Positions 49,472 through 59,267 of a DNA stretch of 64,000 nucleotides are shown piece after piece (positions within the stretch are counted from its first letter, which is position 1; every line of letters starts with the position of its first letter). The notes below the pieces were generated by a model. The model worked only from the letters and a program-made list of their open reading frames with translations, had not been told where the DNA came from and did not search any database. This stretch comes from Gemmatimonadota bacterium (GTDB lineage Bacteria; Gemmatimonadota; Gemmatimonadetes; Palauibacterales; KS3-K002): the NCBI GenBank assembly GCA_039586795.1, contig JBDHJS010000011.1, positions 70,793-134,792 of the forward strand, read 5' to 3'. The translations under genes and the position numbers were made by a program.

Positions 49472-50228
49472 CCGCTTTTAGGTGGGCGCGGATGACTGCG
49501 TGCGCCTCAGGGTCGGACCAGGCTCGGTCCACCGATTCTTCTCGCGCCGGGTCGCGCGCAGCCAGCTCGACTACGCGTTGACGCTCACGACGCTTGTTCA
49601 CGGCGAACGTGCTGGGCTGCGCTGCGGTGAGCCGCTCCGCCACATCCCAGGCCCGCTCCAACAGACGCTTCGACGGCACGACCTCGTTCACGAGTCCTTG
49701 TGCCTGAGCTCGCTCCGGGGAATAGATCTCCCCGCCGTAGACCAGCCGCTCCTTCCCGATCTGTGGCGCGACGAACTGCAAGATCTCAAGCACGAGGCTC
49801 GGATACGGCATGCGGACCCCGAAGGAGGGGAAACCGATCTTCGCCGCGCCGACCGCCATGACCCGGTAATCGCAGGCGCAGGCGAGCGCGCACCCGCCGG
49901 CTATCGCGTGGCCGTTGATCGCGGCGACCACAGGCAGCGGGAAGGTGAACAGACGGGCGACGACCCGGCGGACCGCGGCGAGCAGCTCGCGTACGTAGGG
50001 CTCGCCGCCGTCCAGAATCCGCTTGAGATCGAGTCCGGCGGAAAAGCAGGACCCGGTGCCGGTGAGGACGACGGCCTTGGCGTCAGTTCTCTCGATCTCG
50101 TCCAGTCGCGACGCCAGCATTCCCAGCAGCTCGGTATCGATGGCACCGACCTTTCCATGGTCGATGCGCAGAACGGTGACGGGCCCGCGGTCCTCGCGGC
50201 GGAGACCCGGCCTATCTTGCACCGACAA
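49458..50228 (-). CDS. Enoyl-CoA hydratase/isomerase (crotonase) family protein
   Basis: VVLTGTGSCFSAGLDL, PVVAAINGHAIAGG, ACDYR; start uncertain (TTG). Confidence 0.85.
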   Translation of the reverse strand: MSVQDRPGLRREDRGPVTVLRIDHGKVGAIDTELLGMLASRLDEIERTDAKAVVLTGTGSCFSAGLDLKRILDGGEPYVRELLAAVRRVVARLFTFPLPVVAAINGHAIAGGCALACACDYRVMAVGAAKIGFPSFGVRMPYPSLVLEILQFVAPQIGKERLVYGGEIYSPERAQAQGLVNEVVPSKRLLERAWDVAERLTAAQPSTFAVNKRRERQRVVELAARDPAREESVDRAWSDPEAHAVIRAHLKAVSGR

Positions 50229-52896
50229 CCGCCACCCGCCCGGTGATCCGGAACCGTCCGCTCACGACACCGCTCGTTGATGTGTCTGCCGTGCCCGCGA
50301 ACCCCGGCTGCTTTCCGCCGACGCTGACCTCGATCGTCCCCGGCTCCACCACGCGCCGGTTCTGCGAATCGATGTGCGATAGCGATCGTGCGCTGAGCGT
50401 GAAGCTGACCTCCCTGATCTCTCCCGGCTGGAGCGAGACGCGCTGGAAGCCGGCCAACGAGCGGATGGGCACCGGATCTGACGTCTCCAGGATGCTGGCG
50501 TAGAGCTGCACGACCTCTTCCCCAACTCGTGAACCCGTGTTGGTCACGAGCGCGGTGACCTGGACGTCGTCGCCGGCTCGGACTTCATCCGGCAAGACCA
50601 AGTTTGAGTAGGCGAACGTCGTGTAGCTGAGGCCGTGACCGAAGGGGAACAGCGGCTCGCCGTCGAAGTAACGATAGGTCTTGCCGTTCATATTATAGTC
50701 TGAGAACGGCGGCAGCTGCTCGATCGAGCGGTAAAAGGTGACGGGGAGCCGACCCGCCGGGTTGTAGTCGCCGAACAGCACATCGGCGATGGCGGTGCCC
50801 GCGGCCTGCCCCGGGTACCACGCTTCCACGATCGCCGGCACGTTCTCCGCCGCCCAATTCACGGCCAGCGCGCTTCCGTTCAGCAGCACCAGGACCACCG
50901 GCTTCCCCAGCGCCGTGATCTCACGGAGCAGCTCTTCCTGTGGCGCGGGTAGCTTCATGTCCAGGCGATCTCCGCCGGCGAAACCTGGTACGTTGACCGG
51001 CATCTCCTCGCCCTCCAAGCGCGGAGACAGGCCCATCATCATGACGACGGCGTCCGCCTGCCTCGCCGCTTCCAGCGCCTCGTCTCTCAGCCGCGGATTT
51101 GGTGGCGACCAGACCAGCTGAACGATCGCATCCGCCCGGCGGTCGAAGTAGTCCACGCGAATCTCATGCGGCACACCCGCCTCGAGCTCCACGTACTTCC
51201 AGCGCGTCATGACCACGTGGCGGTCCGAGTACTCGAACAGATTCTCGCCATCCAGGTACAGCCCGGTGCCGCCGAACACGCGCACCCCTAGCGCGTATTG
51301 GCCGCTCACCGGCGGTACCAGCGTGCCCGTCCACCGCGCCGAGAAGCTATCGACGGGAATCCCCAGCACGGGAACGGTGTCCCACCAGGTGAAATCGAGC
51401 GCCGGGTCGATGCGGGTGACCACCGGAGTACCCTCGAACTCGTGGTTGTCGAAGTACTCTCCCTTGAGCCCGTTCACACGGCGGCCGTCGTGTTCGGTGA
51501 ACAACACATCGGATGGCACGCGCTCGATTGAGGGCGAATTCTCTGCCAGGTCGCCGCCCCGAGAATACAGAACGGTCGTGCCGCTGCCCACCGCCCGCCG
51601 GATTCCCTGCAACGGAGTCACCGGGTTCGACGGAACGCCGTTATAGTTGCCGAGCAGCAGGTCGACGTCGGCGGCGTTTGGACCGATGACCGCGATCGTC
51701 CCCAGGTTCTTGTCGAGGGGAAGCACGCCATCGTTTTTCAGTAGCACCATCGATTTGCGCGCCGTCTCCAGTGCAAGCTGCGCGTGCTCTTCCGACTCGT
51801 TGACGCTGAACGGAATGTTCTGATAGGGCACCAGCTCTGGAGGATCGAACATCCCCAGCATGAAACGGGCTCGGAACAGCCGCTTCACCGCGACATCGAT
51901 CTCCGCCTCACTGACCCAACCCTGCGCGACCGCCTCGGTCAGCTTGGGGAAGGTGACACCGCAGTTCAGATCGGTGCCGGCAGCCACGCTCATCGCCGCG
52001 GCCTCGGCGCCCGTCTCAACCACTTTGTGGGTCGTGTAGATGTCCATGATCGCCCAGCAGTCCGAGACGACGTAACCGTCGAAGCCCCACTCGTCTCTCA
52101 GGATGTCTCCCAGCAGCTCGGTGCTGGCGCAGGCCGGCGCGTTGTCGACGCGGTTGTACGCGCACATCACTGACTGGGCGTTCGCGTCGACGATCGTCGA
52201 ACGAAACGCCGGCAGATACGTCTCACGCAGATCTCGCTCGCTGACGATGGCGTTGAAGGTGTGCCGATCCGGCTCCGGTCCGCTGTGCACGGCGAAGTGC
52301 TTCGGCGTCGCGACGGTCTTCAGGTAACGGGGGTCGTCCCCCTGCAGTCCCTTCACGAACTCCACCGCCAGCTGCCCCGTCAGGTACGGGTCTTCGCCGT
52401 AGGTCTCCATGCCGCGGCCCCACCGCGGGTCGCGGAAGATATTTATGTTGGGCGACCAAAAGGTGAGCCCTTCATAAATCCCGCGCCGACCCTGACGCAC
52501 CGACTCGTGGTGCTTTGCCCGCGCTTCGCCGGAGATCGCCGTCGCGACCCGGAGCATCAGCTCGGTGTCCCACGTCGCCGCCAACCCGATCGCCTGGGGG
52601 AAGACCGTCGCGCGGCCGGCGCGCGCCACGCCGTGCAAGGCTTCGTTCCACCAGTTGTAGGCCGGAATGCCCAACCGCTCGATCGCCGGCGCGTTGTAGA
52701 GCGTTTGCCCGACCTTCTCCTCCAGGGTCATCCGCGAGACGATGTCGTCGACGCGTTCGTCGATCGAGAGATCCGGATTCAGATACGGTGGCGTGCTGGG
52801 GTCCTCGCTCGGTTGGACTGAAGCGCTCGGAGCGCAGGTCAGTACACTGCAGACAGCAAGCGCGGTAAGGACGGCGACCGCTGCGTTGCGATTCAT
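50212..52896 (-). CDS. Secreted GH3 beta-glucosidase/xylosidase with PA14 insert
   Basis: WWNEALHG, RDPRWGRGMETYGEDP, KHFAVH, YVVSDC (nucleophile), GLKGEYF..FSARWTG (PA14), EGEE, Fn3-like tail. Confidence 0.95.
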   Translation of the reverse strand: MNRNAAVAVLTALAVCSVLTCAPSASVQPSEDPSTPPYLNPDLSIDERVDDIVSRMTLEEKVGQTLYNAPAIERLGIPAYNWWNEALHGVARAGRATVFPQAIGLAATWDTELMLRVATAISGEARAKHHESVRQGRRGIYEGLTFWSPNINIFRDPRWGRGMETYGEDPYLTGQLAVEFVKGLQGDDPRYLKTVATPKHFAVHSGPEPDRHTFNAIVSERDLRETYLPAFRSTIVDANAQSVMCAYNRVDNAPACASTELLGDILRDEWGFDGYVVSDCWAIMDIYTTHKVVETGAEAAAMSVAAGTDLNCGVTFPKLTEAVAQGWVSEAEIDVAVKRLFRARFMLGMFDPPELVPYQNIPFSVNESEEHAQLALETARKSMVLLKNDGVLPLDKNLGTIAVIGPNAADVDLLLGNYNGVPSNPVTPLQGIRRAVGSGTTVLYSRGGDLAENSPSIERVPSDVLFTEHDGRRVNGLKGEYFDNHEFEGTPVVTRIDPALDFTWWDTVPVLGIPVDSFSARWTGTLVPPVSGQYALGVRVFGGTGLYLDGENLFEYSDRHVVMTRWKYVELEAGVPHEIRVDYFDRRADAIVQLVWSPPNPRLRDEALEAARQADAVVMMMGLSPRLEGEEMPVNVPGFAGGDRLDMKLPAPQEELLREITALGKPVVLVLLNGSALAVNWAAENVPAIVEAWYPGQAAGTAIADVLFGDYNPAGRLPVTFYRSIEQLPPFSDYNMNGKTYRYFDGEPLFPFGHGLSYTTFAYSNLVLPDEVRAGDDVQVTALVTNTGSRVGEEVVQLYASILETSDPVPIRSLAGFQRVSLQPGEIREVSFTLSARSLSHIDSQNRRVVEPGTIEVSVGGKQPGFAGTADTSTSGVVSGRFRITGRVAVVGAR

Positions 52897-52938
52897 CGGG
52901 TCCCTCCAGACAGGGCTACAAGGGTAGCGCTTCTCTTT

Positions 52939-53280
52939 CTATCTGTTGTCGCCGCTTCCCTGGATCACACCACGCTCTGCACGACTGGCCAGCTTCTCGA
53001 TGTTGCGCTCTCCCACTTCGCCCAGATCCAGGTCGAGTACCGTCGCCACCTCGGCCACGTACCACAGCACGTCGCCTAACTCCCCGGAAAGAGCGGCGCG
53101 ATCTTCCTGGCTGATCACACCCTGCTTGTCCCGCAACAGCTTTCCGACCTTCTCGGCGAACTCCCCCGCTTCGCCGGCGAGCTTCAGCGTGGGGTAGATG
53201 AGTCGCGCGACATCAGCGTCGCCGTAGGTCGTGTTCAGGCTGGTGAGATGTGCGGCTTTCTGGTATTCGCTCAGTTGCAC
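52939..53280 (-). CDS. MazG-like nucleoside triphosphate pyrophosphohydrolase
   Basis: YQKAA, LAGEAGEFAEKVGK, ELGDVLWYVA, NIEKL..R..RG.I.GSGDNR. Confidence 0.92.
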   Translation of the reverse strand: MQLSEYQKAAHLTSLNTTYGDADVARLIYPTLKLAGEAGEFAEKVGKLLRDKQGVISQEDRAALSGELGDVLWYVAEVATVLDLDLGEVGERNIEKLASRAERGVIQGSGDNR

Positions 53281-53380
53281 GAGGTCCCCATTCCAGTTGT
53301 TGTCAGATGAACTTGGGCCGGACGATCAGGATACTACGTCGAATCGTCCGGCCCGAAAAGGTAGACGGGTACTGCTGCGG

Positions 53381-55810
53381 CTAGTCCTGTCGCAACGTCG
53401 TCATCGGGTCGGTGCGCACCGCGCGCCGCGCCGGAATCAAGCTGGCCAACAGCCCGACGCCGGCAAACAGAACGACGATGCTGCCAAACGCCACAGGATC
53501 GGCGGGACTCACCCCAAACAGCATCCCCCGTATCAGCTGCGCCGTCGCGAACGCCACCGCGCACCCGATCACTAGACCGCTGGCCGTCAGCCTAACGCCC
53601 TGACCGACGACGATCCGCTGAACCTGCCGGGCGTCGGCCCCGAGCGCCATGCGAATCCCAATCTCACGTCTCCGTTGCGTGACGCCGTAGGACAGGACGC
53701 CAAACAGCCCCACCGAAGCCAGCACCAGACCCAGCCCGCCGAAACCCAACGCCATCCAGCTGACGATCCGGCTGGGTAGCAAGGCCAGTCCGACGACCTG
53801 CGCGTACGGCGCGTTGGTCGTCACCGGCAGATCCGGATCGAGCGCCAGCGCCACCTCGCGGACCGCTCGATCGATGCGCGCCGCGCCCGGCTCCGTCCTG
53901 ACGATGAGCGATGTCTCAGCGTTATAGCGCTGCGCGTAAGCCGCGTAGACCAGCGGCTCGGGCTCGGCGGTGATCGATGCGTGCTTCCCATCCCTGGAGA
54001 CGCCGATGACCTCGTGCTGCGTCTCACCCCAGACGATCGTCTTTCCGACGGCTGACTCACCAGGCCAGAACCGCTGGGCCGCCGTCTCGTTCACGATCAA
54101 GACCGGCGCGGTCCCCTGGCGATCGGTCTCATCGAAGGCGCGGCCCGTCATGATCGGGATACGCAACGTCTCGAAGTAACCGCCCGACACGAAGCTGAAG
54201 TACGCTCTGCGCAGCCCGTCTCCCATGACCGGCTCCCGACCCGGCAACGTGAACATGGAGGACGCCGTGCCGAAGCCGAGGGGCAGCATCGATGCGAGGC
54301 CCGCCGATTGCACGCCGGGCAGCGCGGCGGCCCGCTCCAAGAGTTGATCAAAAAAGGCCTGCGTTTCCTCCGGCGTATAGCGATGGAGCGATACGTCGAT
54401 GGTCAACAGGTGGACATCGTGTGGATCGAAGCCCAGGTCGAGCGAATCGGCCCTATCCATCGCCCGCAGGAACATCCCGGCGGCGACGAGCAACACCACC
54501 GAACCCGCGACCTGAGCGACGACGAAGGCATTCCTCAACCTGCTACGCCCGCCGGGAGCCTCGCCCGGATTGGCCTTGAGCGAGCTGACCAGATCCTGCC
54601 GAGTCGCCTGCAACGCCGGCGCCAACCCGAACACGGTGCCGGAGACGAACGCTACGACCACGGTGAAGACCAGCACCCGCCAGTCGGGTGTGAAATCGAA
54701 CGCGACGGGGATGGGCACCGGAAGCTGAATCGCCGACAGCACCTGCGCGGCCCAGAAGGCGATGACGATGCCGGCCGCGCCGCCCAGTGAGAAGAGCAGT
54801 ACGCTCTCCGTCAGCAGCTGCCGAACCAACCGCCCGCGGCCCGCTCCCACCGCAAGCCGCACCGCCACCTCACGGGAGCGGCCCACCGCTCGTGTGAGCA
54901 TCACGCTGCCAACGTTCACACTGGCGATCAGCAGCACCAATCCGGTGACGACCAATAACAGGGCCATGAAAAGCGCCACCGGGCCCCTGGCCTCATCGAT
55001 CATTACAGAGTACGGCGTCAGCTTGATTGATTTGTCCTCGAAGGTCTCCGGGTAGGCGGTGCGAATCCGCGGCGCGATGACGGATGCCGCTTCGGCAGCG
55101 CGCTCCGCCGTCCAACCCTCGGCCAGCCGACCGACGCCGACGATACCGGTGCTGGAGTCGGACAGGTCGCGGCCGATCATCGCTTCACGCATCCCGATCG
55201 GAACCCAGAGCCCGACGTCGTATGCCGCCACGTGCCCGTCGAACCCCGGCTCCGCTACTCCAATTACCGTGAACGACGTCCGGTTCAGGTTGACGGTGGC
55301 GCCGATTACGTTCGGATCGGCCCCGAACCGCTGCTCCCACAATCGGTAACTCAGAATGACCACCGCGTTCTGGTTCGGCGCATCGTCCTCGTCCGGGTCG
55401 AAGAAGCGTCCCAGCGCCGGCCGCGTTCCCAGGATCTCGAAGTAGCTCCATGACGTGGCCAGTCCGATCGCCATCTCCGGCTCGCCTTGCCGTCGCGTCG
55501 AGAGACTGGCCGGGAAGCCCTCTATCGCTGCGATTTCGGCCAGCCCGGTCTCCGAGTCACGATATTCGCTGAACACGGGATACGAGCAGGTGCCCCAGGT
55601 AAAGTCAGCTCCCGAGCAATACAGCGTTACCAAGCCCGCCGGCTGCCTCACGCCATCCGGCGTCCGGTGAAGCAGCGAGTTGGCAACGCTGAAGATCGTG
55701 CTGGTCGGGCCGATGCCCAGAGCGATGATGAAGACGGCGACGAGCGTGTATCCGGGGGAGCGTCTCAATAATCGTAATGCGTAGCCGATGTCTTGCTTGA
55801 GTCTGTCCAT
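53381..55810 (-). CDS. ADOP-type duplicated MacB/FtsX ABC permease (no ATPase adjacent)
   Basis: QDIGYALRLLRRSPG, REVAVRLAVGAGRGRLVRQLLTES, REIGIRMALGA, PARRA..DPM..LR. Confidence 0.92.
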   Translation of the reverse strand: MDRLKQDIGYALRLLRRSPGYTLVAVFIIALGIGPTSTIFSVANSLLHRTPDGVRQPAGLVTLYCSGADFTWGTCSYPVFSEYRDSETGLAEIAAIEGFPASLSTRRQGEPEMAIGLATSWSYFEILGTRPALGRFFDPDEDDAPNQNAVVILSYRLWEQRFGADPNVIGATVNLNRTSFTVIGVAEPGFDGHVAAYDVGLWVPIGMREAMIGRDLSDSSTGIVGVGRLAEGWTAERAAEAASVIAPRIRTAYPETFEDKSIKLTPYSVMIDEARGPVALFMALLLVVTGLVLLIASVNVGSVMLTRAVGRSREVAVRLAVGAGRGRLVRQLLTESVLLFSLGGAAGIVIAFWAAQVLSAIQLPVPIPVAFDFTPDWRVLVFTVVVAFVSGTVFGLAPALQATRQDLVSSLKANPGEAPGGRSRLRNAFVVAQVAGSVVLLVAAGMFLRAMDRADSLDLGFDPHDVHLLTIDVSLHRYTPEETQAFFDQLLERAAALPGVQSAGLASMLPLGFGTASSMFTLPGREPVMGDGLRRAYFSFVSGGYFETLRIPIMTGRAFDETDRQGTAPVLIVNETAAQRFWPGESAVGKTIVWGETQHEVIGVSRDGKHASITAEPEPLVYAAYAQRYNAETSLIVRTEPGAARIDRAVREVALALDPDLPVTTNAPYAQVVGLALLPSRIVSWMALGFGGLGLVLASVGLFGVLSYGVTQRRREIGIRMALGADARQVQRIVVGQGVRLTASGLVIGCAVAFATAQLIRGMLFGVSPADPVAFGSIVVLFAGVGLLASLIPARRAVRTDPMTTLRQD

Positions 55811-56014
55811 GCGCGGATCGCTTATCTCGTGAGCGTGGGATGGGGGGCGTGAAATCGCTTACCGATCTCTACGCGGCGCTGCGGAGCCCTGTTTCAGTCA
55901 TGGCGACGCTGATGCAGGGAACTCGTCGCGCAACCGCAACAGACGTTCAGCTATGCCATAACGCTCCGGGGGCCCCGACACGCGTAACCCTATACGGCTC
56001 AACGATCCGGCATG

Positions 56015-56030
56015 TGGCACAGGACTTGTA
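56015..56030 (+). promoter_or_regulatory. sigma54-like promoter, copy 1
   Basis: TGGCACAGGACTTGTA (GG-N10-GT; -12 variant). Confidence 0.55.
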
Positions 56031-56040
56031 CTACCCTATT

Positions 56041-56149
56041 GGCAAGTACCTCCTTGTAGCTTCCTTTTGGCGGGGGAACTGCCGGGTTTGTCGATGCCGT
56101 AAAGCGGGTTACGGCTCTGAGCCCAACGCAGTGACCCCGCCGTCTTTTT
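56041..56149 (+). ncRNA. Candidate sigma54-dependent sRNA 1 with anti-SD seed
   Basis: Starts 12 nt after the -12 element; AGTACCTCCTTGTA; stem closed by a TGGC loop; terminal GCGGG..CCCGC stem followed by TCTTTTT. Confidence 0.55.
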
Positions 56150-56289
56150 GTGGCCCTCGATGCATCTACTCGAACCACGGGCGCCCAGCGGTATCCGCGT
56201 CGCGTTCCCGCTACAAGAGTGTTGCCGATGCCATAGCGTCTTTGGCCACACACCATCACCCAATCCCAGCAATTCCGCGCGATGACTAT

Positions 56290-56305
56290 TGGCATGAGAC
56301 TTGTA
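56290..56305 (+). promoter_or_regulatory. sigma54-like promoter, copy 2
   Basis: TGGCATGAGACTTGTA, same spacing as copy 1. Confidence 0.55.
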
Positions 56306-56315
56306 ATACCTTACA

Positions 56316-56400
56316 GCCAGTACCTCCTTGTAACTCCCCCTGGCGGGGCGACTGCCGGGCCTCCCCAGTGCCGCATGCGGATTCGGTACTGGACCCTCGC
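56316..56400 (+). ncRNA. Candidate sigma54-dependent sRNA 2 (paralog of sRNA 1); 3' end uncertain
   Basis: Same AGTACCTCCTTGTA and TGGCGGGG..ACTGCCGGG; different 3' hairpin CCAGTGCCG/CGGTACTGG. Confidence 0.5.
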
Positions 56401-56495
56401 AGCTCGCCCCGCCGCCACATCTGGGCCTGCCGAGCCTGCCAATATTCACCGGTTTGTAAGGAAGAAGAGGAGCGCTAGGCGACGGCGCGGCGCGG

Positions 56496-57785
56496 TCACT
56501 CCAGCGCGTCGGACTTCGGTTGCGCCGGTTCGCTATGGTTTGCTTTAGAGCTTCCCAGCAGTCTACCGGCCCGATTGAGCACGTAACGGAAGACGCGCCG
56601 GCCCCAATAGTCCGCAGCCCCCAGGACCATCTTGGGATCGGAGATCTCCCACACGGCGAACTTCTTCGGGCCTCTAATGGACTTCAAGTAATCGGTCCAC
56701 GTAATCTCCGACTTGCTGATGTAGTGACGAGCCGACCGGAGGTCGGACTTGAAGATGATCCACTTCTTGTGGTAGGTCCGCTGCGTCGGCTTCGGGTATG
56801 ACTGCCCGATCATGTGGTAGTAGCCCTGCGAGATGATATCGACTCCATTGGCCAGGGCGACGCCAACCTGCATGTTCGGCCTGCCCACCGTCGGCTCGGT
56901 GATGAAGTAGCTGCCACTGGCCGGGTCGCGCTTGTACTCGACGGAGCCGAAACCGGCGCATCCCGCCGACGTCAGCAGATCGCGCGCGGCATTCGCCAGT
57001 TCCTCGTTCTGCACGCCGACAGCGCTGGCGGTGCTGCCGCATTCCGGTCTGTACTGCCGGATCTTCTTGCCCTGATACGTGCACACCTCGGTCATGTCCG
57101 ACGCCAGGTAGTGAAATGAGAAATAGACGTCGCTGTCGGTGCCCCGGATGAACTCCTGGACGATCGCCTCCGATTCCCACTGCGCCATCAGCCCGTAGCT
57201 GGAGAGCAGCTCCTCGCGGTCGGCGCACTTGAACGCCTTCCGAGGAGAGTTGGCACGAAAATCTCTCGTCTTCGTTTGCGGCTTGACGATGACAGGGTAC
57301 CTGAGATCCGGCGCCACACGCGTCAGCTCCTCGGTGCTGTTGCACAAGAAGGTGCGCGGAACCGGCCAGTTGTTCTCCAAAGCCAGATCGTAGAACGCGC
57401 CCTTGTCGCCCAGAGATTTCACCGCTTCGGGGCTCGGGAACTCGAAGTGGTAGTCTTCCTTCAGTCCCTGTCCATGTTCGCCGATCACGTTGACCGGCTC
57501 ATCCATCGTCAGGATCAGCGCGGCCTTGCGTGGCAGGTATCCGGCGAAGTCGTGCAGGAAGGATGCAAGATCCGCAGTGTGGAACGTATCGCTCGGTATC
57601 AGCAGCAGATGGAAGGCGCCTGAATAGCTGGTATAGCGTCGCCTCCGGTGATCGATGGCGATCACCGGCGCGCCGTGCCGAGCCAGAGCGCGCGCCACCG
57701 TGAGACCGATCAGGCTGGTCCCTACGACGACGGCCGGCGGCAGGTCGGCTCTGTTAATCCAGCGGATCAGTTTGTTGCTAAGCAT
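56496..57785 (-). CDS. ATP-grasp carboxylate-amine ligase (D-aspartate ligase-like)
   Basis: DKGAFY, YPVIVKP, IVQEFIRG, GFGSVEYKRD..YFITE..GR. Confidence 0.85.
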   Translation of the reverse strand: MLSNKLIRWINRADLPPAVVVGTSLIGLTVARALARHGAPVIAIDHRRRRYTSYSGAFHLLLIPSDTFHTADLASFLHDFAGYLPRKAALILTMDEPVNVIGEHGQGLKEDYHFEFPSPEAVKSLGDKGAFYDLALENNWPVPRTFLCNSTEELTRVAPDLRYPVIVKPQTKTRDFRANSPRKAFKCADREELLSSYGLMAQWESEAIVQEFIRGTDSDVYFSFHYLASDMTEVCTYQGKKIRQYRPECGSTASAVGVQNEELANAARDLLTSAGCAGFGSVEYKRDPASGSYFITEPTVGRPNMQVGVALANGVDIISQGYYHMIGQSYPKPTQRTYHKKWIIFKSDLRSARHYISKSEITWTDYLKSIRGPKKFAVWEISDPKMVLGAADYWGRRVFRYVLNRAGRLLGSSKANHSEPAQPKSDALE

Positions 57786-58015
57786 TCAATTGGTCCGGCC
57801 CACGCCGGGTTAGCTGCGTTTGTCCGACCTTGAATCGCTTCTAGGGCTGGTTTGGTTCCGGCGCTTCCCGGGTCCGAGGGGTCCGGAAGCACAAGTTTGT
57901 GTGGCGCGGGCTTTGACCTTCAACTACACAATAATCTCCCTCCGCCGTGATCTCCACCGTCAGGCCCAGCGCTTTCAGCGCCCAACGCCTGAGCCCGCCA
58001 CCACGCCGGGCCAGT

Positions 58016-59185
58016 CTACCTCTCGATCTGCAGGATCACCAGTCTATCGACGTCGAGCTCGTCGCGCTCGACCACGCCGATACGTGATTCGGTGAGAAAC
58101 AGGACCGGAAACGGGGTGCCGTCGGGCAGCGTCCCGACGTATGCCGCGTCTCGATCGTAGATGTCGATAGGCCCGGCTTCTTCTCCAGCGACCTTGCGCT
58201 GCGCCCACAGCTGCCCGTCGGGCGTCAACTTTATCCCGGCAATCGTGGGGACGAGCTCGGCGAAGCCTCTACCGTCGACGAGCTTTTCGGCGGTGATGAG
58301 GCAAGGCCCGCGACCGAAATTGACTCGCATACCCTCGCCGAGCTCCGCCATCGCCAGGTCGCTAGACGCCGTTACAGGCACGAGCGGACGATAGATCTTG
58401 CGCACCAGCGAGCCACCCTCGAATACGGCAATCGCGTATTCGGCGGATGAGTTTACCCCGACGGTTGAACTGTAGAGATCCCAGGTGATCTGGGGCGCGA
58501 AGATCGGGGCCAGGTTCAGGCCGCCGCCACACTCCTCATACACCACCATCTCTCCGCCCATGTGAGACACGCTGGCCAGCACGGTAGAGTCAGAGTCCGC
58601 GACGGAGACAAGGTCATAGCCCATAATCTGCGACCCACCCGTCCAGTTGTAGGTGGTCATCACGAGCCCGGCAGTGGAGACGGCGAAGAATCGGCTGTCC
58701 GCCGCAGGTGGTCTCGCCACCGGCACCTGAGGCAAGACTCCGCCCTCGGCATCGAACCTCACGACCGCGCCTTTTCCAAAGTCGTATACAGAGACGATGC
58801 CGTCCGGTGTCACCCAAAGCGCGGCCGGGTTTCTGAACTCACTCGGTCCACCACCTTCCCCGCCCATCGCCGCTTCGAACTCGCCGTCCGGCGTGAACTT
58901 CACAACGCGGTGCGCATCATAGTCGAGCACGTAGATGTTGCCCGCCGCATCGGACCCGACGCTGTGCATGGTGACGCGGTAGAACGAGCCCGGGCCGCTG
59001 TCGTCGCCGCCGAGCGCGAACAGACGTTGGAACTCCCAAGGCAATACCATGTCTTCGCCTTCATAGGTGACGAGCTCGACGCCGGCGGAATCACTTCGCT
59101 GCATCCGGACCTCGGCAACCTGAGCCTCACACCCAACGTGAACGGTCAAGGACAGAAAGAGAATGAGGAGATACGAGCGTTTCAT
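58016..59185 (-). CDS. 6-bladed beta-propeller lipoprotein
   Basis: Lipobox VHVGC; DSAGVE, GNIYVLD, GGEGGGPSEFRNP, C-terminal RDELDV. Confidence 0.8.
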   Translation of the reverse strand: MKRSYLLILFLSLTVHVGCEAQVAEVRMQRSDSAGVELVTYEGEDMVLPWEFQRLFALGGDDSGPGSFYRVTMHSVGSDAAGNIYVLDYDAHRVVKFTPDGEFEAAMGGEGGGPSEFRNPAALWVTPDGIVSVYDFGKGAVVRFDAEGGVLPQVPVARPPAADSRFFAVSTAGLVMTTYNWTGGSQIMGYDLVSVADSDSTVLASVSHMGGEMVVYEECGGGLNLAPIFAPQITWDLYSSTVGVNSSAEYAIAVFEGGSLVRKIYRPLVPVTASSDLAMAELGEGMRVNFGRGPCLITAEKLVDGRGFAELVPTIAGIKLTPDGQLWAQRKVAGEEAGPIDIYDRDAAYVGTLPDGTPFPVLFLTESRIGVVERDELDVDRLVILQIER

Positions 59186-59267
59186 GATTTCCCCGGGACG
59201 GTATAGGGGTAGGATGGTTGGGTCGTAACAAGATGTGCGTGCGAAGCGCGGCGGGCAATTGCTCGGT

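Noticed and set aside
55840..56478. 212-aa plus-strand ORF and overlapping minus ORFs across the sRNA pair
   Set aside because: No recognisable motifs, atypical composition, and conservation between the repeat units is promoter- and structure-like rather than codon-like
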